Origin: a bacterium
GTDB taxonomy: Bacteria > Electryoneota > Electryoneia > Electryoneales > Electryoneaceae
DNA: 64,000 nt
NCBI GenBank assembly: GCA_963669175.1
Contig: OY769902.1
Coordinates: 5,120,001 to 5,184,000, forward strand
Reading direction: 5' to 3'
Under the pieces are notes generated by a model, which ran no database searches, was not told the DNA's origin, and worked only from the letters and a program-made list of their open reading frames with translations. Made by a program: the position numbers and the translations under genes. Shown here in pieces: positions 19,792 through 30,211 of the stretch (positions are counted from its first letter, which is position 1; each line of letters starts with the position of its first letter).

Positions 19792-22014
19792 CTACAATAC
19801 CCACGCATACCCCAACTTGGTAAAGATTGTCCTGTTGGTCTGCGTAAGATCAATCACATGGTCCTGCTGCCAATTATCAGTGTAGCCGAGGTAGAACACA
19901 GTTTGAGGATTGATTGTATAGGAGAACAGAACCTGACCATACATTCCGATGGACACGGGATCAGGCAAACTGCTTGTGGAAGGATAATTATAGATGTTGT
20001 ATTCAACCTCACGGTTCTGCACAACAACTCGCAGATAAGCGCGACGTGTGAACTGGTAAATGGCACGCACAAAATTGATCCGTGCGACAGAAAGCAGCTT
20101 GTTTTGAACCGTCAATTGGTTGTATTCAAATTTGTAGGTCAAACGCAGGTGACGTCCGATGTCAAGTGTGGTCGATCCCTGCCAGTAAAACTGCTTTCCG
20201 GGACGGGCATTTTCGAAATCAATTTTATCGCCGCCCGAGTACCTGGTATATAGATATAGCCATGCGTTGGGACGTGTTGAAACGCTGAAGCTACCGTGAT
20301 TGTTCTTGAAATACTGGCCCGCATAGTAGGTATCTCCAACAATACCCCAGCCATCAAACGTGAATTCTCGTGCTCCATAGACTTTCAACCAATAGTCCAT
20401 TCCACGGTCCAACACTTTGCCATTATAGTCATCATCATAGATCACCCCCATCCCGAATTCACCGTTTTGCAACCAGTGATGGCGTGGTCCGTAGAAATAG
20501 TACCTTGCGCCGGCTTCATTCTCACGCATCCCGACCTGGGTGACATACCCGAGGTCTGCACGCAGATCAGAAGTACGTTCACGACGTCGCAGGTAGGTCG
20601 CAAAATCACGCGTACTCCAGACATGAATGGCGTTGTAACCATACCCGGTGAATTCATCTTCCGGTTGATTGTAGGTTGTATCGATTTCTTCAGAATAGTC
20701 TGTTGACGATGCCACTCCCTGCAGGGTCAGCTTGTGAGAATCAGTCAGCCGCAGGTTCGCGTCAAGACTGCCGAGACGGTTGTAATAGTCGTCCGCTTCT
20801 CGATCACTGAACGTAACGCCGATTGTAGAGCTGTTGGGCAAGTCGCGACGATAACGAAGTACGCTGGCCGTATTCGCCATGGTCACTGCGGTTGAGCTTG
20901 ATCGTTCCGACCCCGGAAAAACCAGGTTGGTTCGGGTATCACGAGCGGTGAAATAGCCGATGCTGTTCTTACCCTCTTTGCCGGTAAGCTTGACACCCCA
21001 GTCCGGGGCCGTGATCGTACGAGTTTGGATGATATTGATATCTGTACTGAAAACTTCAGATCCTTCCAGAAAGAAAGGACGCTTTTCGGAGTAGGTTACC
21101 AGGTATTGCTGATTATGCTCGAATTGCAGAACGTCCGCCTCAATCTGGGAGAAATCCGGGTTGATGGTTCCGGATACTGCCATGTTCGGCGTTATTCCCC
21201 ACCGCGCGGTCAACCCTGCATCCGCTTCATTGTCAATGGCAAACGGGCCTTTTGTGCCATTCTCACGTTGCTCAAGACGATGCGCCGAAATCGTCGGATC
21301 CAGTTCAATATTCTTGCCCGGCTTGACACCGGCAAAACCGACAATCTTCTCTTCCTGGCACAGGTAACAGTTCCGGTTACGCAAACGTGGGAACAGGCCG
21401 ATATGATGACGCGCGTGACGAGGATAGCTACGTACCGCGTCAATTCCCCATACCTGGTCTTCATCCGTGTGCTGGAAACGCAAGGAGCGGAACGGAATCA
21501 CCATCTCAACCGCGTAACCCCAGTCGTGGATACGTCCCCCGCTATCCCATATCGCGTCCCAGGTCACACCGGTACCGTCAATCTCAATACGTTCCCCTTG
21601 CGCCCCCAGGGGATTGCAGGAAAGCCAGAACGCATTCCGCTCATCGTTGAAGGTATCCAGGCTTATCCCGACATAGTCATCCGCATAGATGTTATCACGT
21701 TCACGGTAACGTGCGCGAATCTTCTCCGGTTCGGGATCATATGCCTTGAAGGCGACAAATAGAAATTCGGAGGAATAGGCAATCAAAACTTCGGTACGAA
21801 CCGGCGGGGGTATGTTCTCACCAGGTTTTACTTCGTAATCCAGAGACAGTACCAGCGCTTCCTGCCAGACAGATTCCGCCAGCACACCATCAGCCTGCAC
21901 CTTGCCCTCTATTCTCGGCACAGGATATGGGACTCGGTTGTTTCCCATACCAATAGCGGGCATCAAAAACAACAGACCTGCAAGCAGAAGACTATGGCAC
22001 AACCGTTGAAACAT
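19792..22014 (-). CDS. CBM9-like/DUF5916 outer-membrane protein
   Basis: 'AYDPEPEKIRA', 'INPDFSQIEAD', 'EKRPFFLEG', C-terminal 'FTKLGYAW'. Confidence 0.85.
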   Translation of the reverse strand: MFQRLCHSLLLAGLLFLMPAIGMGNNRVPYPVPRIEGKVQADGVLAESVWQEALVLSLDYEVKPGENIPPPVRTEVLIAYSSEFLFVAFKAYDPEPEKIRARYRERDNIYADDYVGISLDTFNDERNAFWLSCNPLGAQGERIEIDGTGVTWDAIWDSGGRIHDWGYAVEMVIPFRSLRFQHTDEDQVWGIDAVRSYPRHARHHIGLFPRLRNRNCYLCQEEKIVGFAGVKPGKNIELDPTISAHRLEQRENGTKGPFAIDNEADAGLTARWGITPNMAVSGTINPDFSQIEADVLQFEHNQQYLVTYSEKRPFFLEGSEVFSTDINIIQTRTITAPDWGVKLTGKEGKNSIGYFTARDTRTNLVFPGSERSSSTAVTMANTASVLRYRRDLPNSSTIGVTFSDREADDYYNRLGSLDANLRLTDSHKLTLQGVASSTDYSEEIDTTYNQPEDEFTGYGYNAIHVWSTRDFATYLRRRERTSDLRADLGYVTQVGMRENEAGARYYFYGPRHHWLQNGEFGMGVIYDDDYNGKVLDRGMDYWLKVYGAREFTFDGWGIVGDTYYAGQYFKNNHGSFSVSTRPNAWLYLYTRYSGGDKIDFENARPGKQFYWQGSTTLDIGRHLRLTYKFEYNQLTVQNKLLSVARINFVRAIYQFTRRAYLRVVVQNREVEYNIYNYPSTSSLPDPVSIGMYGQVLFSYTINPQTVFYLGYTDNWQQDHVIDLTQTNRTIFTKLGYAWVL

Positions 22015-22375
22015 GAGGAGTCTCGGAGCTACGCAGCACATGCAGTCAGAACCGGAATTACAATCATTGTCTGAACCGTGACAAGGTACTCGGCGAGGGT
22101 AGGCATGGCAAGGTAAATGGGCGGTAAAACTCTCTGTTCCTGGCTGGCATTTCAGGCAACCGAATCACCAGAGCCACAATACTTAAAGCGATGCGTTTAT
22201 TATTACTCCAGCAAGAAATAAAGTAACATGACCAAGTCCTAGAATAATCTTCAAGTTACTTTCAAAATACCTGTAAAAACTTAAAGTTAATGGGGAGACA
22301 AATCATATTCGATAACTGAAGAATAATTACTTGCTGCCGATAAGAAATGTGAACCCAACGCTCAGGGAGAAAACC

Positions 22376-22594
22376 ATGCGTACCGACTGGATGGAATGGA
22401 TTGACGAGATGGACATCTGGTCAGAAGATAGAAGTTCTCTTTCTTCTTTTGATGCTGCCAGTTATGCAACCTTTACCGGGTATAGTCAGCCGGTATCTGA
22501 ACTATCCGCTCGTCTTCAACGACGTGAATTAATGGATCGGCTTTCGCAATCACCCGACTCAACCGACCAGGCGATCTATCGCATGATCAACTGA
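22376..22594 (+). CDS. Small hypothetical protein (72 aa)
   Basis: AGGGAGA-5nt-ATG; followed by hairpins and a terminator. Confidence 0.55.
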   Translation: MRTDWMEWIDEMDIWSEDRSSLSSFDAASYATFTGYSQPVSELSARLQRRELMDRLSQSPDSTDQAIYRMIN

Positions 22595-22671
22595 TTTCAG
22601 TACCGCCCGGCGTCCCCTGGGGGACGCCAACGCGGATGTTGTAGCAAGGGCTCCGGCTGAGTTCCAGCCTG

Positions 22672-22704
22672 AAGACGCTATGGGAAACCATGGCGTCTTT
22701 GTTT
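22672..22704 (+). terminator. Intrinsic terminator / possible attenuator upstream of rrf2-suf
   Basis: AAGACGCTATGG-GAAA-CCATGGCGTCTT followed by TGTTT. Confidence 0.7.
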
Positions 22705-22744
22705 ACCCGCCTCTCGATAGAGCTAAATTTGTCTACGTGTCTTG

Positions 22745-22771
22745 AAATCTTTACTTTTTTGTGATACTTTT
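22745..22771. promoter_or_regulatory. Candidate Rrf2 operator, copy 1
   Basis: AAATCTTTACTtttttGTGaTACTTTT, repeated at 23250. Confidence 0.6.
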
Positions 22772-22790
22772 TGCCAAAACAGGAAACAGG

Positions 22791-23231
22791 ATGAAAATCT
22801 CAGCGCTAGAAGAATACGGTTTGCGTTGCATGGTTCTGCTTGCAGAGGCTGATCCCGATGAGTCCCTGACCATCCCGGATATCAGCGCCAGGGAGAACAT
22901 GTCAGAATCGTATGTAGGCAAGCTGCTCATGTTGCTTCGCAAAGCGGATCTTGTCGTTGCAGAGCGTGGTCGTAACGGTGGCTATACCCTGGCAAAACCT
23001 GCCAGCGAAATTCAACTTAGTGAAATCATGCTGGCCTTTGGCGATCCGATTTATGGGGAACATCACTGCGAACGTTTCCATAGCGATGAGAGCCCCTGTG
23101 TTCATCATGACAGTTGCAAAATGAAGCGGCTTTGGGCAACACTGAACAAGCATACGTTTGACCTGTTGCGCAATGTCTCGCTGGATCAGTTCCTGAATGG
23201 AGAAAAGCTCACTGTAAAACACGCAACCTGA
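22791..23231 (+). CDS. Rrf2 family (IscR/RisR-like) Fe-S regulator
   Basis: 'MKISALEEYGLRC', 'RGRNGGYTLA', three C-terminal Cys; heads the suf operon. Confidence 0.92.
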   Translation: MKISALEEYGLRCMVLLAEADPDESLTIPDISARENMSESYVGKLLMLLRKADLVVAERGRNGGYTLAKPASEIQLSEIMLAFGDPIYGEHHCERFHSDESPCVHHDSCKMKRLWATLNKHTFDLLRNVSLDQFLNGEKLTVKHAT

Positions 23232-23249
23232 CAGCTCTTTTTTTAAGAT

Positions 23250-23276
23250 AAATCTTTACTAAAGTGTGTTACTTTT
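23250..23276. promoter_or_regulatory. Candidate Rrf2 operator, copy 2
   Basis: AAATCTTTACTaaagtGTGtTACTTTT upstream of sufC. Confidence 0.6.
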
Positions 23277-23305
23277 ACAACAAAACATAGACGACGAGGT
23301 TCGAA

Positions 23306-24076
23306 GTGAAGAACGAAGCATTGCTTTCCATACACGACATTCATGTCGAAGTAGAAGACAAGGAAGTGGTAAAGGGTGTATCGCTTGACCTGTTCCCAGG
23401 CGAAAAGCATGTCATTATGGGTCCGAACGGGTCTGGAAAAAGCAGTCTTGCCAACGCATTATCCGGGCATCCGGCTTATAGCATCACGCAGGGCGAGGCA
23501 TCAATTCAGGATCAAGATTTGTTGGATATGGATCCGACTGAGCGTTCCCTGGCGGGGCTTTTCCTGGCTTTCCAGTATCCCCATGCCATACCGGGTGTAA
23601 CGGTTTCCGCGTTTATCCGTTCCATGGTCAAGGCTCATCGTGGCGAGTCGGAAGAGGTGTTCCGTAATCTTCGCAAGGAACTGAACGCTGCTTTCGACAA
23701 GCTGGAGATGGATCGAGCCTTTGCCACTCGTTATGTCAATGACGGGTTCTCGGGCGGAGAAAAGAAGCGGTTGGAAATCCTGCAAATGCTGATGTTGAAG
23801 CCAACTGTCGGCATTCTGGATGAAGTGGATTCCGGGCTGGATATCGATGCGCTTCGCATCGTGTCGGAGGGTATCAACGCCGCATCCACCAGCGAAAATG
23901 CCATCCTCCTGGTCACTCATTACCAGCGGATTCTCAACCACATCAAGCCGGACAAGGTGCATGTGATGATGCATGGCAGGATCGTGCGTTCCGGTGGGCC
24001 GGAGTTGGCGGAAGAGATTGAAGCACGCGGGTATGACTGGATTCGCGCTGAATTGGGTGAGACGGTTGAGGCGTAG
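23306..24076 (+). CDS. sufC: Fe-S assembly ATPase SufC
   Basis: GPNGSGKS, 'FLAFQYP', 'GFSGGEKKR', 'DSGLDIDAL'. Confidence 0.97.
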   Translation: MKNEALLSIHDIHVEVEDKEVVKGVSLDLFPGEKHVIMGPNGSGKSSLANALSGHPAYSITQGEASIQDQDLLDMDPTERSLAGLFLAFQYPHAIPGVTVSAFIRSMVKAHRGESEEVFRNLRKELNAAFDKLEMDRAFATRYVNDGFSGGEKKRLEILQMLMLKPTVGILDEVDSGLDIDALRIVSEGINAASTSENAILLVTHYQRILNHIKPDKVHVMMHGRIVRSGGPELAEEIEARGYDWIRAELGETVEA

Positions 24077-24135
24077 AAATCCGAATAACGGACAAAGGTA
24101 TCTGTTATTTCCTGAAGCTTGAAAAAGAGGCAACC

Positions 24136-25569
24136 ATGAGCGATACAGCAACACAACAACAGGCGGAACTGCAAGGGTTGCGTGGCGATTATAACGAACG
24201 CTACGGCTTCTCTGATCCCGAAAAGATTCTGCGCAAGACGCCCAAAGGGCTGGGTCATGATGTCGTGGAAATGATTTCACGGATGAAGGACGAGCCGGAC
24301 TGGATGCGTGAGTTTCGCCATAAGGCATTGGATATTTTTTTCAGCAAGCCCATGCCCAAGTGGGGCAACCAGGATTTACTGGGCGAGATCGACTTTGATG
24401 ATATCTATTATTATGTAAAATCGTCGGAAAAATCCGAACGCACCTGGGATGAAGTCCCGGAAGACATCAAACGCACCTTTGAAAAGCTTGGTGTACCGGA
24501 AGCGGAACGAAAGTTCCTGGCCGGTGTATCCGCGCAGTACGATTCTGAAGTAGTCTACCATCATTACCAGGATCAGCTCGAGAAGGATGGCGTCATCTTC
24601 CTCGATATGGACAGCGGGCTGCGTGAATACCCGGAACTGGTAAAGAAGTATTTCGCTACCGTTGTTCCGGCGATGGACAACAAATTCGCCGCGCTCAATT
24701 CGGCGGTCTGGTCCGGCGGTTCCTTCATCTATGTGCCGCCAGGAGTGGAAGTATCCATTCCCTTGCAGGCGTATTTCCGTATCAACGCCCGCAACATGGG
24801 GCAATTCGAACGTACCCTGATCATCGCGGATAAGGGATCACGCGTACACTACATCGAAGGATGCACCGCGCCGACCTACAGCAGTAACAGCCTGCATTCG
24901 GCAGTGGTTGAGCTTATCGCACTGGAAGATTCGTACATCCGCTACACCACGATACAGAACTGGTCCAACAACGTATACAATCTTGTGACCAAGCGATCTG
25001 TAGCGCATAGCCGTGCTACGGTTGAATGGGTTGACGGGAACATCGGCTCCAAGCTGACCATGAAGTATCCCTGCATCATTCTCAAGGGTGAAGGCGCCAA
25101 GGGTGAGATCCTGTCGGTCGCGTTTGCCGGGGAAGGTCAGCATCAGGATGCCGGGGCCAAGGTGATTCATGTCGCGCCGAACACAACATCCCGCATCACC
25201 TCGAAATCCATTTCCAAGGATGGCGGACGAGCTTCGTATCGTGGTTTGGCTCGTGTGGTTCCCGGTGCGGACAACTGCAAAGTATCGGTGGAATGTGACG
25301 CCCTGCTGCTGGATGAACGATCTCGTAGCGACACCTATCCCACGATGGAAATCGACAACAAGAACGTGACCATCGAGCATGAAGCGCGAGTCAGCAAGGT
25401 CGCGGAAGAGCAGCTCTTCTACCTGACCAGCCGTGGTCTGAGTGAAGACGAAGCACGACTTCTCATCGTGAACGGTTTCATCAATCCCTTCGTCAAAGAA
25501 CTGCCAATGGAATACGCAATTGAGCTGAATCGTCTGATCCAGCTTGAGATGGAAGGATCGGTGGGATAG
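24136..25569 (+). CDS. sufB: Fe-S assembly scaffold SufB
   Basis: 'GQFERTLII', 'YIEGCTAP', 'LHSAVVE', 'TMKYP'. Confidence 0.97.
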   Translation: MSDTATQQQAELQGLRGDYNERYGFSDPEKILRKTPKGLGHDVVEMISRMKDEPDWMREFRHKALDIFFSKPMPKWGNQDLLGEIDFDDIYYYVKSSEKSERTWDEVPEDIKRTFEKLGVPEAERKFLAGVSAQYDSEVVYHHYQDQLEKDGVIFLDMDSGLREYPELVKKYFATVVPAMDNKFAALNSAVWSGGSFIYVPPGVEVSIPLQAYFRINARNMGQFERTLIIADKGSRVHYIEGCTAPTYSSNSLHSAVVELIALEDSYIRYTTIQNWSNNVYNLVTKRSVAHSRATVEWVDGNIGSKLTMKYPCIILKGEGAKGEILSVAFAGEGQHQDAGAKVIHVAPNTTSRITSKSISKDGGRASYRGLARVVPGADNCKVSVECDALLLDERSRSDTYPTMEIDNKNVTIEHEARVSKVAEEQLFYLTSRGLSEDEARLLIVNGFINPFVKELPMEYAIELNRLIQLEMEGSVG

Positions 25570-25712
25570 AAGTGAAAAAAGTGGGAAGTGAAAAAGGTGA
25601 AAAAAGTCTTTGAGTGGATTGCCTGATTAGTGATGTAGACACTTAACAGCAATCTGACTTTGCAACCTTGGAACTTTTCAACTTTGAAACTTAGAGAAAA
25701 AGCGAGCGAAAG

Positions 25713-27014
25713 ATGCAAAACGATACACAACAGTTTCCATTCCGTGACAACTACACGGATGAGCCCGAGTGGAGCTATAACCTCCGCAAGACGGCATGGG
25801 AGAACTATTTCCGCATGCCGGTGCCCAGTCGTGTGGACCATATCTGGAAGTATTCCGATCCAGCGGACTACCTCCCTGAATACACGGCGGACCTCTTCTC
25901 AGGATTACCGTTGGTCGCTCCAAACGGCCACAGCCTGAAACCTGAAGACCAGGCTGAATGGGCAGGCGCCATGGGGGCGACATTAGACCAGTTTTATTCC
26001 GTCACCACCCTTCCAGCAGAACTTCGTAAGAAGGGCGTGATCTTCATGGGCCTGTCCCAGGCGCTTAGGCAGCATCCCGAACTTGTTCAGGGCAAACTGG
26101 GCGGTTTGATTGCCAGCGATTTCGGCAAGATAGAAAATCTGAACCAGGCCTTCTGGAATACAGGTTTCTTCCTCTATGTCCCGGACAATGTGGTGATCGA
26201 ACGCCCCGTACATATTCAGCGGAATTTTGAAGCGCCTGTTTCCATGACACGTCTTCTGGTCATCACCGGCAGCAACAGCCAGCTAACATTGGTTGACGAT
26301 CTTACCGCCCCTGATGGAAACCCGGCTGGACAGGTGAATTCGGTTAACGAGATCTTTGCTGGCGAAAACTCAAGCCTTGACTATGTCTTCCTGCAGCGTC
26401 TCCAGAAGAACCAGAAGCTGTATTATACACACCGTGGTGAAGTCGCACGTGACGGACGCATGCGTTCTCATTTCCTGTCCCTGGGCGCGAACACGGGAAA
26501 GGCGAACATCGGCGTCACCCTTGCCGGCGAAGGCGCGGACAGCCGTTTGCAGGGATTGTTGTTCGGACATGATACACAACGGTTTGACCATCACACACGC
26601 CACCGTCATACAGCCGGAAACACCTATTCCAAGCTGGACATGAAGGTCGCGGTGCGTGACAAGGCCAACTCCGCCTACACCGGGTTGATCGAGATCGAAG
26701 AGGACGCCAAGAACTGCGAAGCGTACCAGGAAAACCGCAACCTGATCCTGAGCGAGACGGCAAAAGCGGAATCTATCCCGGAACTGGAAATCAAGAACAA
26801 CGAAGTCAGTTGCAGCCACGGGGTCACTATGGGCTCAATTGATCCGGAAATGCTGTTCTACATGCAGTCGCGAGGCCTCTTCTCAGAGGAAGCGATCCAG
26901 ATGTATGTGCATGGATTCTACGCTTCAATCATTGATGAATTGCCGGAAGCGATACGTGAACTGGCGCGCGACCTGCTGGATGAACAGATCGGTTCGAAAA
27001 GTGTTGCTGCGTAG
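25713..27014 (+). CDS. sufD: Fe-S assembly protein SufD
   Basis: 'PELEI..CSHG..FYMQSRGL'. Confidence 0.93.
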   Translation: MQNDTQQFPFRDNYTDEPEWSYNLRKTAWENYFRMPVPSRVDHIWKYSDPADYLPEYTADLFSGLPLVAPNGHSLKPEDQAEWAGAMGATLDQFYSVTTLPAELRKKGVIFMGLSQALRQHPELVQGKLGGLIASDFGKIENLNQAFWNTGFFLYVPDNVVIERPVHIQRNFEAPVSMTRLLVITGSNSQLTLVDDLTAPDGNPAGQVNSVNEIFAGENSSLDYVFLQRLQKNQKLYYTHRGEVARDGRMRSHFLSLGANTGKANIGVTLAGEGADSRLQGLLFGHDTQRFDHHTRHRHTAGNTYSKLDMKVAVRDKANSAYTGLIEIEEDAKNCEAYQENRNLILSETAKAESIPELEIKNNEVSCSHGVTMGSIDPEMLFYMQSRGLFSEEAIQMYVHGFYASIIDELPEAIRELARDLLDEQIGSKSVAA

Positions 27015-27058
27015 CATGTTTACGCAGAATAGCGAATCGATTCAATAGTCAACACGTT

Positions 27059-27326
27059 CATCCCCACGAAGGTGGCTGTCTCAGAATAGAAAACACTCTC
27101 ATCCCAGCGAAGGCTGGGATCCAGGCAAGTGTCGACAATATAACAAGTTGAACACATATGCGACTTTCAATGTACTGTGCTTCTTGAGGATACTTAACCT
27201 CTTGTAATATCGCAACATGACTGGATTCCTTCCTTCGAAGGAATGAGAGTATGGGACATTCTGATACAGTCTGCTTCGCTGGGATGAAAGCACCAGTGAT
27301 TCTGAGACAGCATGGAAGGTGGGGAT
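27059..27326. mobile_element. Small MITE-like element (IR GCTGTCTCAGAAT) nested with REP palindromes between sufD and sufS
   Basis: GCTGTCTCAGAAT 27075-27087 vs ATTCTGAGACAGC 27299-27311 (second, degenerate end at 27258-27271); internal TCATCCC..GGGATCCAG / CTGGATTCC..GGAATGA pair. Confidence 0.65.
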
Positions 27327-27383
27327 AAATGCCATTTCAAATTCAGGATATTCAGCTCATTTTAACCAGAACGGAAAAGAACG

Positions 27384-28634
27384 ATGATAGAAACATTACC
27401 ACAAGCGATAAACACACTGGACATCCGTCGGGATTTCCCGATCCTGCAAAGGCAGGTGAACGGGCATGACCTGGTCTACCTGGACAGTGCGGCGACCACT
27501 CAGAAGCCGAACCAGGTGATCGATGCCATCACACGCTATTACGCGGTGAACAACAGCAATGTTCATCGCGGAATGCACACCTTGGCGTCTGAAGCCACCC
27601 AGGCATATGAAGACACACGCGAGGCGGTGACACGGTTCATCAATGCTCGTTCGTCAAAGGAAGTCATTTTCACACGTAGCGCCACAGAAGCGATTAATCT
27701 CGTGGCCTATACCTGGGGTGAGTCGAACATCAAAAAGGGCGACCGCATCCTGCTGACTGAGATGGAACACCATGCCAATCATGTTCCCTGGTTACGGCTG
27801 GCGCAAAAAAAGGATGCCCATGTCGACTTTATTTCGATTGACGAATACGGCACCCTGGTTTTGGATGATCTCGACCGGTTATTGACACCAGATACGAAGT
27901 TGGTAGCGCTTACGCATATGTCTAACGTGCTGGGTACGATCAACCCTGTGGCTGACGTCATTCGAGCGGCTCATGCCAATGGTTCTGTTGTGCTGGTGGA
28001 TGGCGCGCAGAGTGTACCGCATATGCCGGTTGACGTTCGTGAACTCGATGCCGATTTCCTGGCCTTCTCAGCGCATAAGATGCTTGGTCCGACGGGAGTA
28101 GGTGTGCTATACGGGAAGCAGGCTTTGCTTGAGCAGATGGAACCATTCAATTCCGGCGGCGAGATGATCGAGCAGGTGACCTATGACCGTGTGACCTGGG
28201 CTGAACTGCCTCACAAGTTTGAAGCGGGAACACCGAATATTGCCGGAGTCGCAGCCTTCCGTGAAGCGATCCTCTACCTCGAACAGCTTGGCATGGATAC
28301 AGTTCGTGCGCATGAACGAGCGCTGACAGAATACGCTCTGGATCGACTCGGCGAACTGGATTTCATTCGCATTGTCGGGCCACTTGATGCCGATAAACGA
28401 GGCGGCGCGATTTCCTTTGCCGGAGGTGATTTCCTGCATCCTCATGATATTGCCCAGATTCTTGATAATCACGGCATCGCGGTTCGCGCCGGACATCATT
28501 GTGCGCAGCCGTTGCACCGCAAATTCGGACTTGTCGCTACAGCACGCGCCAGCTTCTACATTTACAACACTATCGAAGAAATTGATACCCTGGTCGAAGG
28601 ACTGATCGCAGCGAAGGAGTATTTCGGGGTATGA
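27384..28634 (+). CDS. sufS: Cysteine desulfurase SufS
   Basis: 'YLDSAATTQKP', 'FSAHKMLGPTG', 'RAGHHCA'. Confidence 0.97.
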   Translation: MIETLPQAINTLDIRRDFPILQRQVNGHDLVYLDSAATTQKPNQVIDAITRYYAVNNSNVHRGMHTLASEATQAYEDTREAVTRFINARSSKEVIFTRSATEAINLVAYTWGESNIKKGDRILLTEMEHHANHVPWLRLAQKKDAHVDFISIDEYGTLVLDDLDRLLTPDTKLVALTHMSNVLGTINPVADVIRAAHANGSVVLVDGAQSVPHMPVDVRELDADFLAFSAHKMLGPTGVGVLYGKQALLEQMEPFNSGGEMIEQVTYDRVTWAELPHKFEAGTPNIAGVAAFREAILYLEQLGMDTVRAHERALTEYALDRLGELDFIRIVGPLDADKRGGAISFAGGDFLHPHDIAQILDNHGIAVRAGHHCAQPLHRKFGLVATARASFYIYNTIEEIDTLVEGLIAAKEYFGV

Positions 28635-29101
28635 ACGACAACCTGAGCGAAATGTACCGGGACATCATCCTGGACCATTATCGTCATCCACGTGGGCACC
28701 ACCATATCGACCACCCGGATGTCAGCAATGAGGGCAAGAATCCCAGTTGCGGCGATGAGATTAGTGTGCAACTCAAACTGAACGGCGATGTTGTCGAGCA
28801 GGTCGGTGTCCATTGCGCCGGGTGCGCAATCTCTGTGGCGTCCGGGTCCATGCTCAGTGAAGTGGTGGAGGGGAAAAGTGTCGCAGAAGTGAAGCAGATC
28901 GCGGCGGCGGTCCGTGCCATGCTGACCGGAGAAAGCGAGCTGCCGGAGGAGTTAAATCTCGGTGATCTGGACGTGCTCGAGGGTGTCAAACAATTCCCGG
29001 TACGGATCAAATGCGCGCTTCTCGCATGGGCGACACTGGTCGATGGATTGGAACAGGCGGAGCAGAAAAACAAGCAGAGCGAGGTCATTTCTACGGAATA
29101 A
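28631..29101 (+). CDS. sufU: SUF system sulfur-transfer protein SufU
   Basis: 'NPSCGDEI', 'GCAISVAS', 'RIKCALL'. Confidence 0.95.
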   Translation: MNDNLSEMYRDIILDHYRHPRGHHHIDHPDVSNEGKNPSCGDEISVQLKLNGDVVEQVGVHCAGCAISVASGSMLSEVVEGKSVAEVKQIAAAVRAMLTGESELPEELNLGDLDVLEGVKQFPVRIKCALLAWATLVDGLEQAEQKNKQSEVISTE

Positions 29102-29349
29102 TCGTTTACTCAATATCGGATTGTGATATTGTTGGGCGCTGATACCCGACAGCAAGCAGTCGGGCCACACGCCCCGGTACGGATCAAATGCGCGCTTCTC
29201 GCGTGGGCAACACTGGTTGATGGATTGGAACAGGCAGAACGGAAGAATAAGCGGGGCGAGATCAGTTCTACGGAATAATCGTTTACTCAATATTGGATTG
29301 TGATATCTTCTGGCGCTGATACCCGACAGCAAGCAGTCGGGCCACGCGC
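28996..29349 (+). repeat. Diverged 177-bp tandem duplication of the sufU 3' end plus REP
   Basis: Units 28996-29172 and 29173-29349, each ending in CCCGACAGCAAGCAGTCGGGCCAC. Confidence 0.92.
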
Positions 29350-29377
29350 CTTTATTCCTTTTGAAGGAAGTTGGCTT

Positions 29378-30211
29378 TTAACTGCCTTTTTTCACCAGCG
29401 ATTTCACCACCCAGACCAGTCCGAACACGGCCAGTCCGGTCAGCACAATCGCAGGGCCGGAAGCGATGCCAGCGTAATAGGACACATACAGGCCGATAAC
29501 ACCTTCCATTGCGGCGAGAAGTGCGGCGAGGATCATCATCCGTGATAAACCGCCGGTTACCATGTATGCTGTAGCCGCTGGGGCTACCAGCATGGCAATC
29601 ATGAGCGTAATACCAACCGTCTGCAGCGATACAACGATTGTCAAAGCGATCAATACCAGCAACAGGAAATCCAGCACTTTCACCGGAAGCCGTAAGGTCA
29701 CAGCCAATACCGGATCAAATGATATAACCAGGAATTCCTTGTAGAACACCAGCACAATGATCAGGATAACAGCGCTAAACGCGCCTGTCAGCCACAGGTC
29801 ACCAGAAGTTACCCCGAGAATGTCGCCGAACAGAAAATGGGTAAGGTCGGTCGTATAGTTGCGGACGGTAGAAATGATGGCGATTCCCAGCGCGAACATG
29901 CCCGCGAAAATAATTCCGATAGCCGTGTCTTCTTTTAATTTCGCGTAGTGACGAATGAAACCGATTCCAATGGCGCTGAAGATCGCAGCGATCACTCCCC
30001 ACCAGAACAGCCAGCGTCGATCACCCTGGCCCAGCAGGTATCCGACCGCCACACCGGGCAGCACCGCATGGGCCAATGCGCCACCGTAGAAAGCCATTCC
30101 ACGCAGCACCACATAACTCCCGACAATGGCGCAGACCACTCCCACCATCACCGCTGCGGCCAGACCTCGCAGCATAAACGCGTATCGCAGGGGTTCGAGC
30201 AGCCAGTCCAT
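29378..30211 (-). CDS. Zn/Mn ABC transporter permease (ZnuB/MntB type)
   Basis: 'ALAHAVLPG', 'EDTAIGI', 'FLFGDIL', 'SFDP'. Confidence 0.92.
   Translation of the reverse strand: MDWLLEPLRYAFMLRGLAAAVMVGVVCAIVGSYVVLRGMAFYGGALAHAVLPGVAVGYLLGQGDRRWLFWWGVIAAIFSAIGIGFIRHYAKLKEDTAIGIIFAGMFALGIAIISTVRNYTTDLTHFLFGDILGVTSGDLWLTGAFSAVILIIVLVFYKEFLVISFDPVLAVTLRLPVKVLDFLLLVLIALTIVVSLQTVGITLMIAMLVAPAATAYMVTGGLSRMMILAALLAAMEGVIGLYVSYYAGIASGPAIVLTGLAVFGLVWVVKSLVKKGS

Noticed and set aside
22592-22640. Selenocysteine insertion (UGA plus downstream hairpin)
   Set aside because: No Cys/Sec redox motif context, and readthrough ends at another UGA after about 22 codons; retained only as a remote option
28996-29349. 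DGR template/variable repeat pair
   Set aside because: Mismatches are not confined to adenines of one copy (C/T and both A>G and G>A occur), and there is no reverse transcriptase in the window
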